Shown: in pieces, positions 1 through 12,000 of the stretch
Position numbering within the stretch: the stretch's first letter is position 1
Layout of the letters: each line of letters begins with the position of its first letter
Source: Candidatus Rokuibacteriota bacterium
GTDB lineage: Bacteria > JAUVQV01 > DATDCY01
Length of the DNA: 56,249 nt
Assembly (NCBI GenBank): GCA_031406795.1
Contig: JANOHV010000134.1
Span: 1 to 56,249, forward strand
Direction: 5' to 3'
Made by a program: the position numbers and the translations under genes
The notes under the pieces: generated by a model
The model's database searches: none
What the model was told of the DNA's origin: nothing
What the model saw: only the letters and a program-made list of their open reading frames with translations

Positions 1-21
1 GCTTGGCGCTCAGCCTCCGCT

Positions 22-3000
22 TCAGGGCGCGACGCCGACGCTCACGCGTTGTGTGCCCGTCTCCTCCACCGAGATCAGATCACTCCAGAACTGTTGCCCC
101 TCGTGGTCGACACGGAACTTGAATTGCCGGACTGGAAGCTCGAAGCCGGTGCTCCCGGAAGCATTCGTCCGCACCTGGACGCCAAGGTCGGCGCCGCCAG
201 GGCTGAAGAGCAAGACGGGAGCACCGCTGATCGGCGCCGGCACTCCTTCCAGCGACCGCTCGACCGTGAGCGTGACGGTGGCATGCGGAATCGTGATCAG
301 CCCTGAGGTCTCTTCGGGTACAAAATGCGCCGTCGTCCAGAACTGATGGCCCAGGTGGTCGACGCGGAAAACGTAATCTGCGTCGGAGAGCAGGAACGAC
401 GCCCGTCCCTGAGCATCGGTCTTGTCCTGGAGGCCGACCGCGGTTCCGGAGGAGGTGAAGACCGAAACCGGCACTCCGGAGAGCGAGCGCCCCTTCCCAT
501 CGTCGACGGTGAGGTCAAACCTTCCCCCGCCAGTCGACAAGGCGATCATAGTGACCTGGTTCGCAGCGACGGCCCCCGTCCCGAAGTACCGGTTGCCCTG
601 AACGACCGCACCGAAACGATACGAACCCTCCGGCAAACGGAGCCGCGCTTCTCCGTCGGCGTCGGTGAGCTCCGAGATGCCGAGGTACTTGCCACCCTCG
701 GAGGAGACTTCGACGCGGATGCCCGCGAGGGGAGAACCGGCTTGGGTCACCACCACGACCGCGACGCCTTCCCGGATCGTGACGACGGGCGACGTCCAGG
801 CGAGGGCGTCCGACCAATACGGTGCGCCCAGGTAGTCGGCGCGAATGCGGCAGGCGATCTCCGCCAACAGGAAGCTTGCCCGTCCGTCGGTGTCGCTCAT
901 CGTGCGCTCTCCCAGGTACGTCCCGCTCTCGTCGAAGAGGTAGACCGGGATTCCCGCCACCGCCCGCGTGTCTTCCTGGTAGGTCCGCTGGACGGTCACC
1001 CCGGTCTCCCGCCGTGGGATGATCAGCTCGATGCCCGCTACGTCCGGGACCGTGAGGACCCCGCTCCAGAACTGGTGCCCGAGGTAGTCCGCACGAACGC
1101 GGTAGTCGCCGTCGGGAAGGTCGAAATGAACCTTGCCCGCGGCACCGGTTGTGGAAGACAGACCAAGATCGCGGCCAGCTTCGTCGAACAGGCGGCAGGA
1201 AACGCCCGGGATGGGCGCGTTGCCATCGCTCACGAGGACTGCCGTCTTGCCTCCACCGAGCTGGATGATAACCGGCTGTACGGTGTGCGCCCCGAGCGCC
1301 GTGTCGGTGCTGAAGGATGCATCGCCGCGGTGGTCCGCCCGGAATTGGTAGCGCTCCGCGGGAAGGCGGAAAGCCGCCCGACCAGACTCGTCGGTCGTCG
1401 CGTTGATGCCGAGATCCACGCCTGTCGGACCGAAGGCCTGAACCGGGATCCCCGGCTCAGGCACCGTTCCCCGGACGACGGTGACTTCCGCGACCGCCTC
1501 CGGAATGGTGACCTCGCTCGTCGAGCCCCGGATGGGGTCGGACCAGTAGGAGAAGGAGAGATTGTCCACTCTCACCATGTAGTCCCGGTCCGGGAGACTG
1601 AAACCCACCTGACCATTAGCATCGGTTTCCGCCGAGTTCTCCAGATCGGAGCCTGCTGTCGTGAAGAGATGCACGGGAAGACCCGGCCGCGGCTCGATCG
1701 ACCCGTCGTAATCCCCGCTGGCCGTGATCAGGACGTCCCGGTGCGTGATGGCGAAAGGCAGGCTCGTGTCTCCCCAAACGGTGACCAGGTCGCTCCAGAA
1801 TTGGTACCCGAGAAGATCGCAGCGCACCCGGTACTCCGCGCCGGACACGTCGAATACCGCCGCGCCCGCGTCGTCGGTCTGTCGCGAGAGGCCGAGGTAG
1901 GCCCCTGCCGCACTGAAGAGATGGGCGGAAACTCCGGGAAGCGGCCGGCCGTTCCCGTCATGGAGCCTGACGGTGAGCGCGCCCCCTCCCAAGTCTATCC
2001 TGACCTCGTTCTGGCCGCCGGGCGCAACGGTCACGACCTCGCTCCAATACCTGCTCCCGAGGAAATCGGCGCGCAGCTTGTAGCTCTTCCCTGCCGGCAG
2101 GGCCAATGTCCCGCGCCCTTCAGCGTCAGTAGTCACCGATTGGCCCAGAAACGCCCCTGCCGAGGTGAAGAGGGAGACGGGGACGCCGGATTGGGCACGC
2201 CCACCGCGCAGGGTGGAGGCAACCACGTGTTCCTCCACAATTCTCAAGGTCAGGCTGCCGACTCCCGGCAGCGTGACGACGTCGGTCCAGAATTGTTTGC
2301 CAAGGAAGTCCACGCGGAATCTGTAAGAGCCGTTCGCGAGATTGAAGAGGGCCTGGCCACCGCCATCCGTCGTCCGGTTCACGTTGAGGTTGCCGCCCTC
2401 GGGAGTGAAGAGCGCGCAGGCGAGACCGTTGAGCGCGCGTCCCGCCCCACCCTGAACGGTCAACATGAAACTGCCGCCTTCAGTCGCGATCGGGACCCGA
2501 ACGACCTTGTCGCGGGGAAGGCCCACGCTGGCACTGAAGAACTGGCTTCCCTGGCAGGTTGCCCGGAAGCGATACGTCTCAGCGGGAAGCCGGAAGCTCG
2601 CCCTCCCGTTTGCGTCCGTGCCTTTCGAGAGCTGGATGGAGACATTGCTCTTGTCGAAGACGGACACGGGCACGCCGGCGAGCGCCGCCGACGAACCCGT
2701 CACGGTCACATCGGCAATGGCCTCGGGAATCGTGATCGCCGCCTCTCCCCCCGTCAGCACCTCGGACCAGAACTGGCGCATCAGGTAATCCGCGCGGACC
2801 TTATAGCCGCGTTCCGGAAGATCGAAGGTCGTTTTCCCCGTGCTGTCCGTCGCCTTCTCGATGTTCAGGTACGTCCCGCTATCGGTGAAGAGATGGGCGG
2901 GTACCCCGGTCTTGGGCGCACGGTCCCCCGCGAAGGTGCCGGCCACCGCGACAACCGTCGTCCGGTGCGGGATGGAAACCGTGATGCCGGCGTTTCCGGC

Positions 3001-6000
3001 TACTCTTGTCGCTTCGCTCCAGAACTGGTAGCCCAGGTAGTCGACGCGCACCTTGTAGCTGCCGGAGGGGACGCTGAAGGCCGCTCTGCCCGCCGCGTCG
3101 GTTGTCCTGGAGACGCCAAGGTAGCTTCCCGAGGCGGTAAACAGGCGCGTGGGGACGGAGCCGATGGGTACGCCGTTCCCTCTGTCCACGGCGACGCTCA
3201 TGACGCCGCCGCCAACGTCGATGCTGAGCTGGTGCGAACCATTCGGCGCGACGGTGAGCACCGGGCTGAAATACTGGTTGCCCAGGTAATCTGCCCTGAA
3301 CAGGTAATCCCTGCCGCGCGGGAGGGTGAAACTCACGACCCCGTTCGCATCCGTCAGACCGGAGAGCCCCGGGTAGGTACCCCCGGCCGTGAGAGGATAG
3401 ACCCGGATGGCACCCTTCGCCACGCCCCCCTGGACCACGGAAATCGCGACGCTCTCTTCGGCGACCGTAAGGTTGGCGGCATACTCCCCGGGCAGCGTCA
3501 AAGGCCCGGACCAGAGCTGGTACCCCAGGTAGTCGGCGCGGAACCGATACGTCCCGTCGGCGAATTGCGCCGCACCGAACACGGCCTTCCCCATGGCATC
3601 GGAGACAGCGCTCTTGCCGGTAAATACACTTGCCGCCGAGAAGGCGTAGACGGGAACACCGACAAGCGCTCGTCCCCCTGACGCGGCGAGGCTGACCACG
3701 ACTTCGCGGGGCACCGTGCTCCTCGTCGTGAAGACCACTTCGGCGGAACCGACATTGCCGGCGGCGTCCGTCGACTCCACCCGCACGACATGGTTTCCGT
3801 CCGCGAGCGGCCCGAAGGATTCCCCCGAATGCGTGCCGACGACCAAGCCGTCGAGTTTGACGACCGCGATGCCGCCGCCTGCCGAGAAGTTCAGCTGCGG
3901 GGCGCCGGTTCCCGTCGTCCCCGCCACGGGCGAGGTGATTGCCACGATCGGCGAGGTGACATCTTTTTCGACAACCGCGCTTGTGGTATCGCTGCGTGTG
4001 CCCTCGTCATCGAAGGCGACCGCATCAAGGGTGTTCGGCCCCTCGATCGGCAACGTCACCAGCCCGAAGTCAAAACGCCCTGCTGCGTCCGCAGAGGCGG
4101 TTCCGAAAGCGGCACCGTTGATGAAAAGCGAGACGCCCGCGAGCGGGCCGGCCGTTCCCGCGATACCGGCCGCTTCCCGATTGGTCAATGCCGGGAGGAC
4201 GTCGAAGCTGGGTGGGGCGGGCTTCTTCCGGATCTCGAATTGCAGCTGCTTAACGCTCTCTTCCGTCTGAGTGAAGAGACGCACCCGAGCCGTGTGCGGC
4301 CCCGGGCCCGGCAGATTCTGCGGAAGAATGCTGAGCTCCACCTCGTCGAAACCGCGGAACGCCAGCGGTTCCACGAGGAGTACCGCCCCGTCGACCGCAA
4401 CGCTGATATTCCCGTCCAGTTCGCCCGCGAGATGAGCGGTCACCGTGAGGGGGTCAATCCCTTCCCGGTACCGCCCCCGGTCCGCGACCAGTTGCGTGAG
4501 CGAAAATCCCCCGACATCAAAGGCCTGGGCGACGGTGGTGATGACGCGCGAGCGATCCGCGTCCCGATAGAAGAGGCAGAAGAGTCTGTGCATTCCGGTC
4601 TGCCGGGAGCGGATCTCGCCGGCGACGCGGAAGGACGTTACTCCCTCGGCGAAGCGCCCCTCGTAGCTGAACGCCGGTGTCAGCTGCCCCTCCGGATCCT
4701 CGATGAATCCATCCACCCATCCGTCAATTCCGGCTTCGGCGCGGACCAGCAGATCCGCCTGGAAGGGATCGGCGTCCCGGTAGCGTGGTTTGTCGAGACG
4801 CAGGTCGACGAACTCCACCCGCGGGGAGGCGACGTTGAAACGGTAGATCTGCGTTTCGCCGCCGAAGACATAGGTCAGGAACTGTGTGCCGCCGAAGAGA
4901 TCGACGGGCAGCGCCAGCGAGCAGGTGGCGGGCGCATGCGGCTCGAGGTCGATGCGCCGGAGGAACCCCCCATCGAGTCCGGAGATCTCCACCGACGCCG
5001 CCTCCGCGGCTTCCACGGTGATCGCCACCGTCTCGCCGGGGAGATACGCCGGCTTGTCCGTGCTGAGCCAGACTCGATCGTGCTGCTCCTGAACATAGAG
5101 CGTATTGATGTAGATCGAGCGGCCGCTCTCCAGAACGACTTCGTACAGCAAGCGCCCGTCGAAGGAGGTCACGGGGACGTCAAATTCCAGGAGTACTCCC
5201 TGAGCTGGCAGCGTGACGTAACGCCACTCCTCAAAGTCGTTGAAGTTGACCCGCACGCCCAGGGGGACCTCGGCGAGAGACCCGATGCTGCGGATATCAA
5301 GCGCCACGCGCGCGACGCCGCCCGCGCGGTAGAGTTTCCTGTCAAGGGAGGCGTGGACATCCACCTTGACCCCGGACACGTGGAAGCCGACCGCCCGTTC
5401 ATCGACGGCAATCATCGCGCCTCCCACGATCGCGCGGAGGGTGTAGACCGCCGGGTAGTCCTTCTCTTCGATGTCCGCTGGAATGGGGAAGGAGAACGTC
5501 GAACACCGCTCTTCGCCGACCCGCAGCAGGCCCGGCTCAGTCTGGGAACCCTCGAAGGCCGTGAGACTGCTCACGAAGTAGCCTTCCTGGTCTCCCCCAT
5601 TGGTCACGCAGAATCGGAGCGAGGCGTTGCCGCCCGTCGGGAAGGTGGCCGGCTCCGGCAGCTGAGAGATGCTGAGACCGGGTCCGCGCACCGTGAATGT
5701 GGCCTCCGTGGAGGCGAGCACCCTGCCGTCCCGACTCAGAACTCTGACGCGCACGGGCTGCTCGCCGATGGCCGCGGCAGGAAGCGGCACGGGAAACGCC
5801 CGGTACCATTCGGCGCCCGGATTGATCGGGCCAATCGCCTCCTCCGCGGACCAGAAACCGGTATCGACCAGGACCGAACCCGCGAAGGAAGCGGCGCCCG
5901 CGTTCACCACGGTCAGGCCCACCGGGAGCATCCCTCCAGCATTTGCCCCGGGTGTGACGCTCAGGGATACCGCGACGCGCGGCAGCACGAGGAAGGTCGA

Positions 6001-9000
6001 CTCGGTCGCAAGCGCGCCGTCCAGAAATCCCTGGATCGCGTAGGAGCCGGGGACGAGCGCATGAACCACCGTGCCTTCGAAGGCCGCCTCGACCGCATTG
6101 CCGTCAGGTGAGCCGAGGAAGACCGCCGTGCGTCTCTCCACGATTACCTCGTCCCCCTTCGTGATGCGAGCCAGCAGCTGGAACTCGGCGGGGATCTGTC
6201 CGGTATTGCGAACGCCGTAGGGAATGAGGATCTCACCGTCCGGGTAGGGGCCGCCCGCTTCGATCGTCAAAGCGGCCGACGGCTTGACGATGTGCAACAA
6301 CACGTCGCCGGCGGCGCCGATCGTGTTGTAGTGCAATCGATACTCGCCGGCTTCCAGTTGGCACTCAAAGGTTCCGCGGGCGCTGTTGCCGCCTTCGTCG
6401 AGCGTCAGGTAATGGTCTGCCCTCCGCGAGCTCAGCAGGCGCCCGCTCGCCTCATACAGGGTGAACTCGGCAGGGTACGTGCCCGCCGTCCGGCCGACGT
6501 TCGTGATCTGGTACCCCGTCACGACCGCGCCTTCCGCGTAGCAGGTTTCCGTTGCCACTTCGAGCTGGGCTGCCAGCGCGGAGGTGACGATTCTCGAAGC
6601 GGTCCGTTCAACCTCGCCCCCCACTGCCACGACGAACTCCGTGGTGACCGCGATCCGACGCTCCGCATAGACCGACCTGCTCTCTCCCGGCGCCAGGGTC
6701 CACTCGCCGTCCAGACCGAGGCCGGGAGAAGAGAACGTGAAGGTGACCGGGCTGATTCCGTCGTTGCTCGCGTAGAATTCGACGGTGAAGGGGTCGCTTC
6801 CCACCTCTGCGGGCGCGTAGAGCCCGACCGAGACGCCGCTGAGCGCCACATCGTACTGGCCGCTCATCCGGGAGAGCGTCACGCCGTCTCGCTGAGCGAT
6901 CGCGCTCAGAAGGTATGTTCCCTCCTCGCCCGCCGTGTCCGTGACCGAGAAGGGTGCGGCACTTTCGGGGCCAACGTCGAACACCTCCGTGAGCAGGGAC
7001 AGATCCCCGCGGGTGAGCAGGAGCGTGACCCCTGAGATCGGCAGCGATGAATTGTTCCTGATCTCACCGCTGACCTGGATCGCCTCGCCGGGGCGGTAGA
7101 ACTTCGCGACCGTCGAGAAGACCACGGCGATCTCGTGGTCGGTCACGGCGAACTGATGCTCCGCCGACGCGATCCTTTCGCCGCGAGCGTTCTGCAATGT
7201 GGCGATGAGTTTCATGCTCCCCGGAGGATCGAAGAGGCCAAGGGCGGTCTCATACCTCCGGCTGGATCCCGCCGCCTGATCGAGCGGCTGGCTGGTTTCC
7301 TTGATGCTCTCGTAACCGGGCTGGGGACTCAACCGCTGCACACGTTGGTTCCCGCTGTCGGCAACGTAGACGATGCCCTCGCCCGTGATGGCGATCCCCC
7401 GCGGCCGGCTGAAGAGCCCGCTGGCATCGCCTGCCGTCCCCCGGCTGTCCCAGGCTCCGGCATCCCCGACAGCGCCCCCCCAGGATTTCAGGAAGTTGCC
7501 GTCGGCATCGAATTGCTGAATCCGGTTATTCCGGGCCTCGAAGTGCCGGTTCCTGCTCACACTGCTGTCGACGACATAGATCGTGCCGTCGGGGTGCACC
7601 GCGATCCCGCAGGGCGTCTCGAATTGTCCTTCACCGGTCCCGAGGGTTCCCCACGAGGCGAGGAAGGCACCGTCTTCGGTGAACTTCTGGACGCGATGGT
7701 TCCCGCCGTCGGTTACATAGACATTGCCGTCCGCGTCGACCGCGATCCGCTGCGGATACGAGAACTGACCGTTTCCACTCCCCAGGCTCCCCCATTTCCT
7801 GATGAAGCCGCCATAAAAGTCGAACTGCTGCACGCGGTGGTTCCGGCTGTCGACAACGTAGATGGTGCCGTTGGGTGCGCGAACCACGCCGGTCGGTCCG
7901 GAGAACTGGCCGTCCCCGGCACCGGTGCTTCCCCAGGCGAAGATGAACCTCCCGTCCGGCCAGAAGAATTGGATGCGGTTGCCCCCCGTGTCCGCGACAT
8001 ACACTTGCCCGTACGAAGTAACGTGCAGCGACTCCGGGCGCCCGAACTGCGGGTGATCGGGCCCATTGCCTTCCCACTCGCCAATCAACTCCCCCTCGCT
8101 GCTGAACACTTCGATCCGACTATTGCCGGTATCGACGGCGTACACATCCCCCCACGAAGCCACACTGACGTCCTGGGGGGAGGCATAGCCGAAACGACCG
8201 GGCGCATTTCCATAGGTGGACCACGTCTCGACGTGGGTCATATCGAGGGTGAACTGCTGGACGCGGTACCACGTGTCCGCCGTGAACAGTCTCCCGCCGG
8301 GCGATGCGGCCAGGGAGTAGATTCCCGAGAGTTCGCCCTCCCCCGTACCGGCGACGCCCTGCTGGCCGAGGTAGTTGCCATCCGGGTCGAATCTGTGGAT
8401 TGTATCCCCGTTCCATTCGGCGGCATGGACGAAGCCGTTCGCGTCGACCGCGACGCTGGTAAGGTCCGAAAGAAAGAGACCTGATCCCATCCATCGGACG
8501 CGATTCCCGTCAGCGTCGTACTTCGCGATCCCGTAATCTGCCGTCACGTACACGTAGCCGTTCAGGTCGACGGCGATCTCTTCGGTGCGTGCACTTCCAA
8601 CGAATTCGTACGTCACACCCCAGGCGCCGAGGAAATTTCCGCTCGCATCGAACTTCTGAATGCGATGATTATAAGTGTCGGACACGTAGACCGTGCCGTC
8701 AGGAGCTGCGGCAATCCCCCTCGGCCAGTCGAATTGCCCTATCCCGCTGCCCGTGCTGCCCCACGTTGAAACGAACCGGCCGTTGGCGGCGAACTTCTGG
8801 ATACGTCCATTGCCGGAGTCGGCAACGTAGAACGACCCGTCAGGGCCGACGGCCGTTGCCATCGGCCAGTCGAACTGCGCGTCGCCGCGTCCATGCGTAC
8901 CCCACTGCCGGAGCAGCGTGCCGGAGGCATCCAGTTTCTGGATACGGTCGTGCCAGCCATTGGTGACGTAGACCGCCCCCTGCCGATCGACGGTGATCCC

Positions 9001-12000
9001 CCCGGGCTCTCCGAAGTTCCAGTACCCGCCCTTCGGCAGGAAGCGCAGAAAGTCCCTCGCACCGCCGTCGTTGTATCTCTGGACCGTCAGCTTGAGCGTG
9101 GCGTCAGCTACCTCACGGGAATCCACCGCGACGTCCGCAATGCCCGTGACCGGCTCTTCGCGCGCATAGACTGCCTGGTCCGTCGCAATCCTCAAGCCCG
9201 CCGAAACGCCATCAATGCGAATCGCCTTGGAGAGATAGTAGGATCGCTGGTGTCCGTCGCTCACGGCGAGAGACAGGTAGCCGTCGCCGGCGGCTGCGTC
9301 CTGGGGAACGTGCAACTCGGCGAGGACCCTCCTCTCTCCGACGAGAAGAGTCCCCGACGCAGTCTCCTCCACGATGAGGTTCCAGTCCCTGTCTCGGAGT
9401 TCGAGGTACTGTGTCGCATAGTCCGCGTCGACGCCGCCGACATTCCTCACGTCAATGACGATCGTATCTCCTGCGGAGAAGGTGTCCCCGGCGGAGGAGA
9501 TCACGAGTCGCGAATCTGCAATGGTGAGATCGGCGGTCTTGGTGAGCACGAATCCGTTGGGAAAGGTCAACGTTAGCAGGACTTGATGATTACCGGCGGT
9601 CATGTCCTCCGGCACAGAAAGCACCCGCGGGAAGGTGGCGTCGGCAGCGGAAAGCCGGATGATCTGGCCGGCTCGCAACGTGAGATCCGTCGTGTCGACG
9701 TACGCCGCGTCGGCGATCTCCAGGCGGCACCGAACCTGAATCTCGCCGACAAAGGCGTCCCCTGCAGCCAGCGTGACCGTCGGCGCGAGCAGCGCCCTGA
9801 TCTGATGGAACGAATCGCTCCTCGGGGAGGGGAGCAGTATTTCGAGACCGACCGCCGGTGGCTTGACGACGAAGACCCGCGAATCCCCGACCGTGTCGCC
9901 GGACGGGACCCTGGCCTCGGCGGTCACCTGGTGCCGCCCGCAAGCGAGCGTGCTGCTGACAACCGGCTGAAGCGCGATGATCCGATGCGCTCCGGGTTCG
10001 ATAATTACCGTGTCCGCGGCCTCGAAACCGAGGTCAGCTATCCGCGTGGAGGCCGATACCTCCTGGCGGAAATCACCCGTATTGGAAAGATTCAGCAGGA
10101 CACCCATGGTTTCGTTCAGACGGTACTCGGCCCTGTCTAAGGCAATCGCGGCACCAACCGCGGAAACGATTGCCCGTTCTCCCTCCACCTTCTTGCCGTC
10201 GAATGTGACTTCGTAATGCAATGCGTAGGTTCCCAGGCGAATCTCCGGAACAGACACCGTGAGCCCGAGTGTCCGGGTTTCTCCCGGCGCCAGGGCGGCC
10301 GCGCTCGCGGCGCCCCTCCAGGCACTCGTTCCATCGGGCGCCGTCAATTCGGCCACGATCCGCGCCTGCGCTATTTCGAAAGAGCCGATGTTGCTCAGGT
10401 CGAATGCCACGTCGTTCGTGTGCGCGAATGCGACCGGATACCGAGGTACGACGGCAAGCATGGCTCGCGAGAGAACGAAGCTCTTCCTCGCCGCATTGAC
10501 GTTGTTGCCCAGCGCGTCGATCGCCGTGGCGAGGACGGTGTACGTCCCCCAGGCCGCATCCTCGGGGAAGGTGTAAGGAATGCTCTCCGTCAGGCTGGCG
10601 CCGGCGGCCCAGTCGAGCGGGAACCGTCGCGTCAGTGCTACCGTGCCATCCGGAGCCCAGACCTCCAGGGAAACCTCACTGTGCGCCGGGGCCGGGGCCA
10701 GGTTCGTCATCGTCAGATCGATCAGCGCCGTCTCCCCGCGTGTCCCATAGACCGCCTTGTCCGTCGCCAGCGCAAGCCCCACCGCCGGCGTGTAGACGCG
10801 GAACTGCTTGAGGACCTGAAACTGCTTCCCGTCGGGAAGCGTGAAGAAGGCTTGGGCAACCCCGCCGCCGTCGTACAGGCCGTTTCTCCAGCCCAGGGGA
10901 TCCACCGCGCGGCGCAGTTCATGGTGCCCGTGCGCCGGCACCGTCATTGTCTCGATGAACCAGGGCCAGTGGCCATTCACCGTGATCAGCTGGGCCGCGT
11001 CGGTGTGGTTGTACGCTATGAAGGTGAACTCAGCGCGCCCCCCGACCGGATAGAAGTCGGAATCCGACTGGATGCTGAAATAGAAGTCGCGCTGCTGATA
11101 AGGCGACACGCTCGCCGGGCTGACGACGAACCGATTTGCGCGCACTGGCTCCTGGACGATAGTGCCGGAGGCATCGAGCAGCGTGTAATCCACCCACCAG
11201 ATACCGACCGTTTCCACGGACTCGGCCGGCAGCGCGAGGTCCCCGAGGCTCACCTCTCGCAGTGTGTTCAGCTCGACGTGAGCATCGACAACGCGTTCCG
11301 TGAAGATCTTCCTGTCGGGCGTGAAGACGGTGAAGCGGACCTTTTCGGCGCTTGTCCCCTGCTGATTCGCGGCGGCACCCAGGCCGAAGTTCATGACCTC
11401 GACCGGCAGATCGACGACCGCGCCGGGCCGGAACTCCGGCAGTTCCTTCGGATCCAACGCCCAGGCGAGCACGTCGCGCACGAGGTGGCGCGCGTCCATC
11501 GCCGCCTGGCCGTTCGCATGCGCCCAGTCCGTGTAGGCCGTCGTCGCGATCACCTGCCCCGCCCCGTGCGGATAGACGACGAGCCCCGGCTGCCCGTTTC
11601 TCGTGCGCCTCAGGTAGACCGCGGCTTCCGCCGGCAGTTCGGTGAAGTACCCGTCCACCTCGGCATCCGAAGTCCCCTGCACGATGTGCTGGCCGCTCAG
11701 GAACTGGCCGTACTGTTCAATGTAGAAGGCCTTCGTGAAGCACGCCGTGTCCTCGAGCCACCCGTATCCGGCCGGCTCTCCCGGCAGCGCGGCGAACTCT
11801 CGTCCATGCTCCTGCGCCAGGCTCACGATGACCCCGCCGCGATGGGCGTATTCCGCGAGCGCGGCCTTGAACAGGTCCGAGGTTTCCATTCCGGCGAGTC
11901 CGCCCGTCGGAATCACCAGCACCCGGATCTGCCGCACGATCGAGGGGTCGAAACCGATTCCCACCAATGCCGCCCGGGCGCCGAAGGTGTTCAGGAGCTT

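Noticed and set aside
7328..9020. Teneurin/Rhs-type toxin suggested by the NHL propellers
   Set aside because: No YD repeats or Rhs core cleavage motif (PxxxxDPxG) seen in the protein
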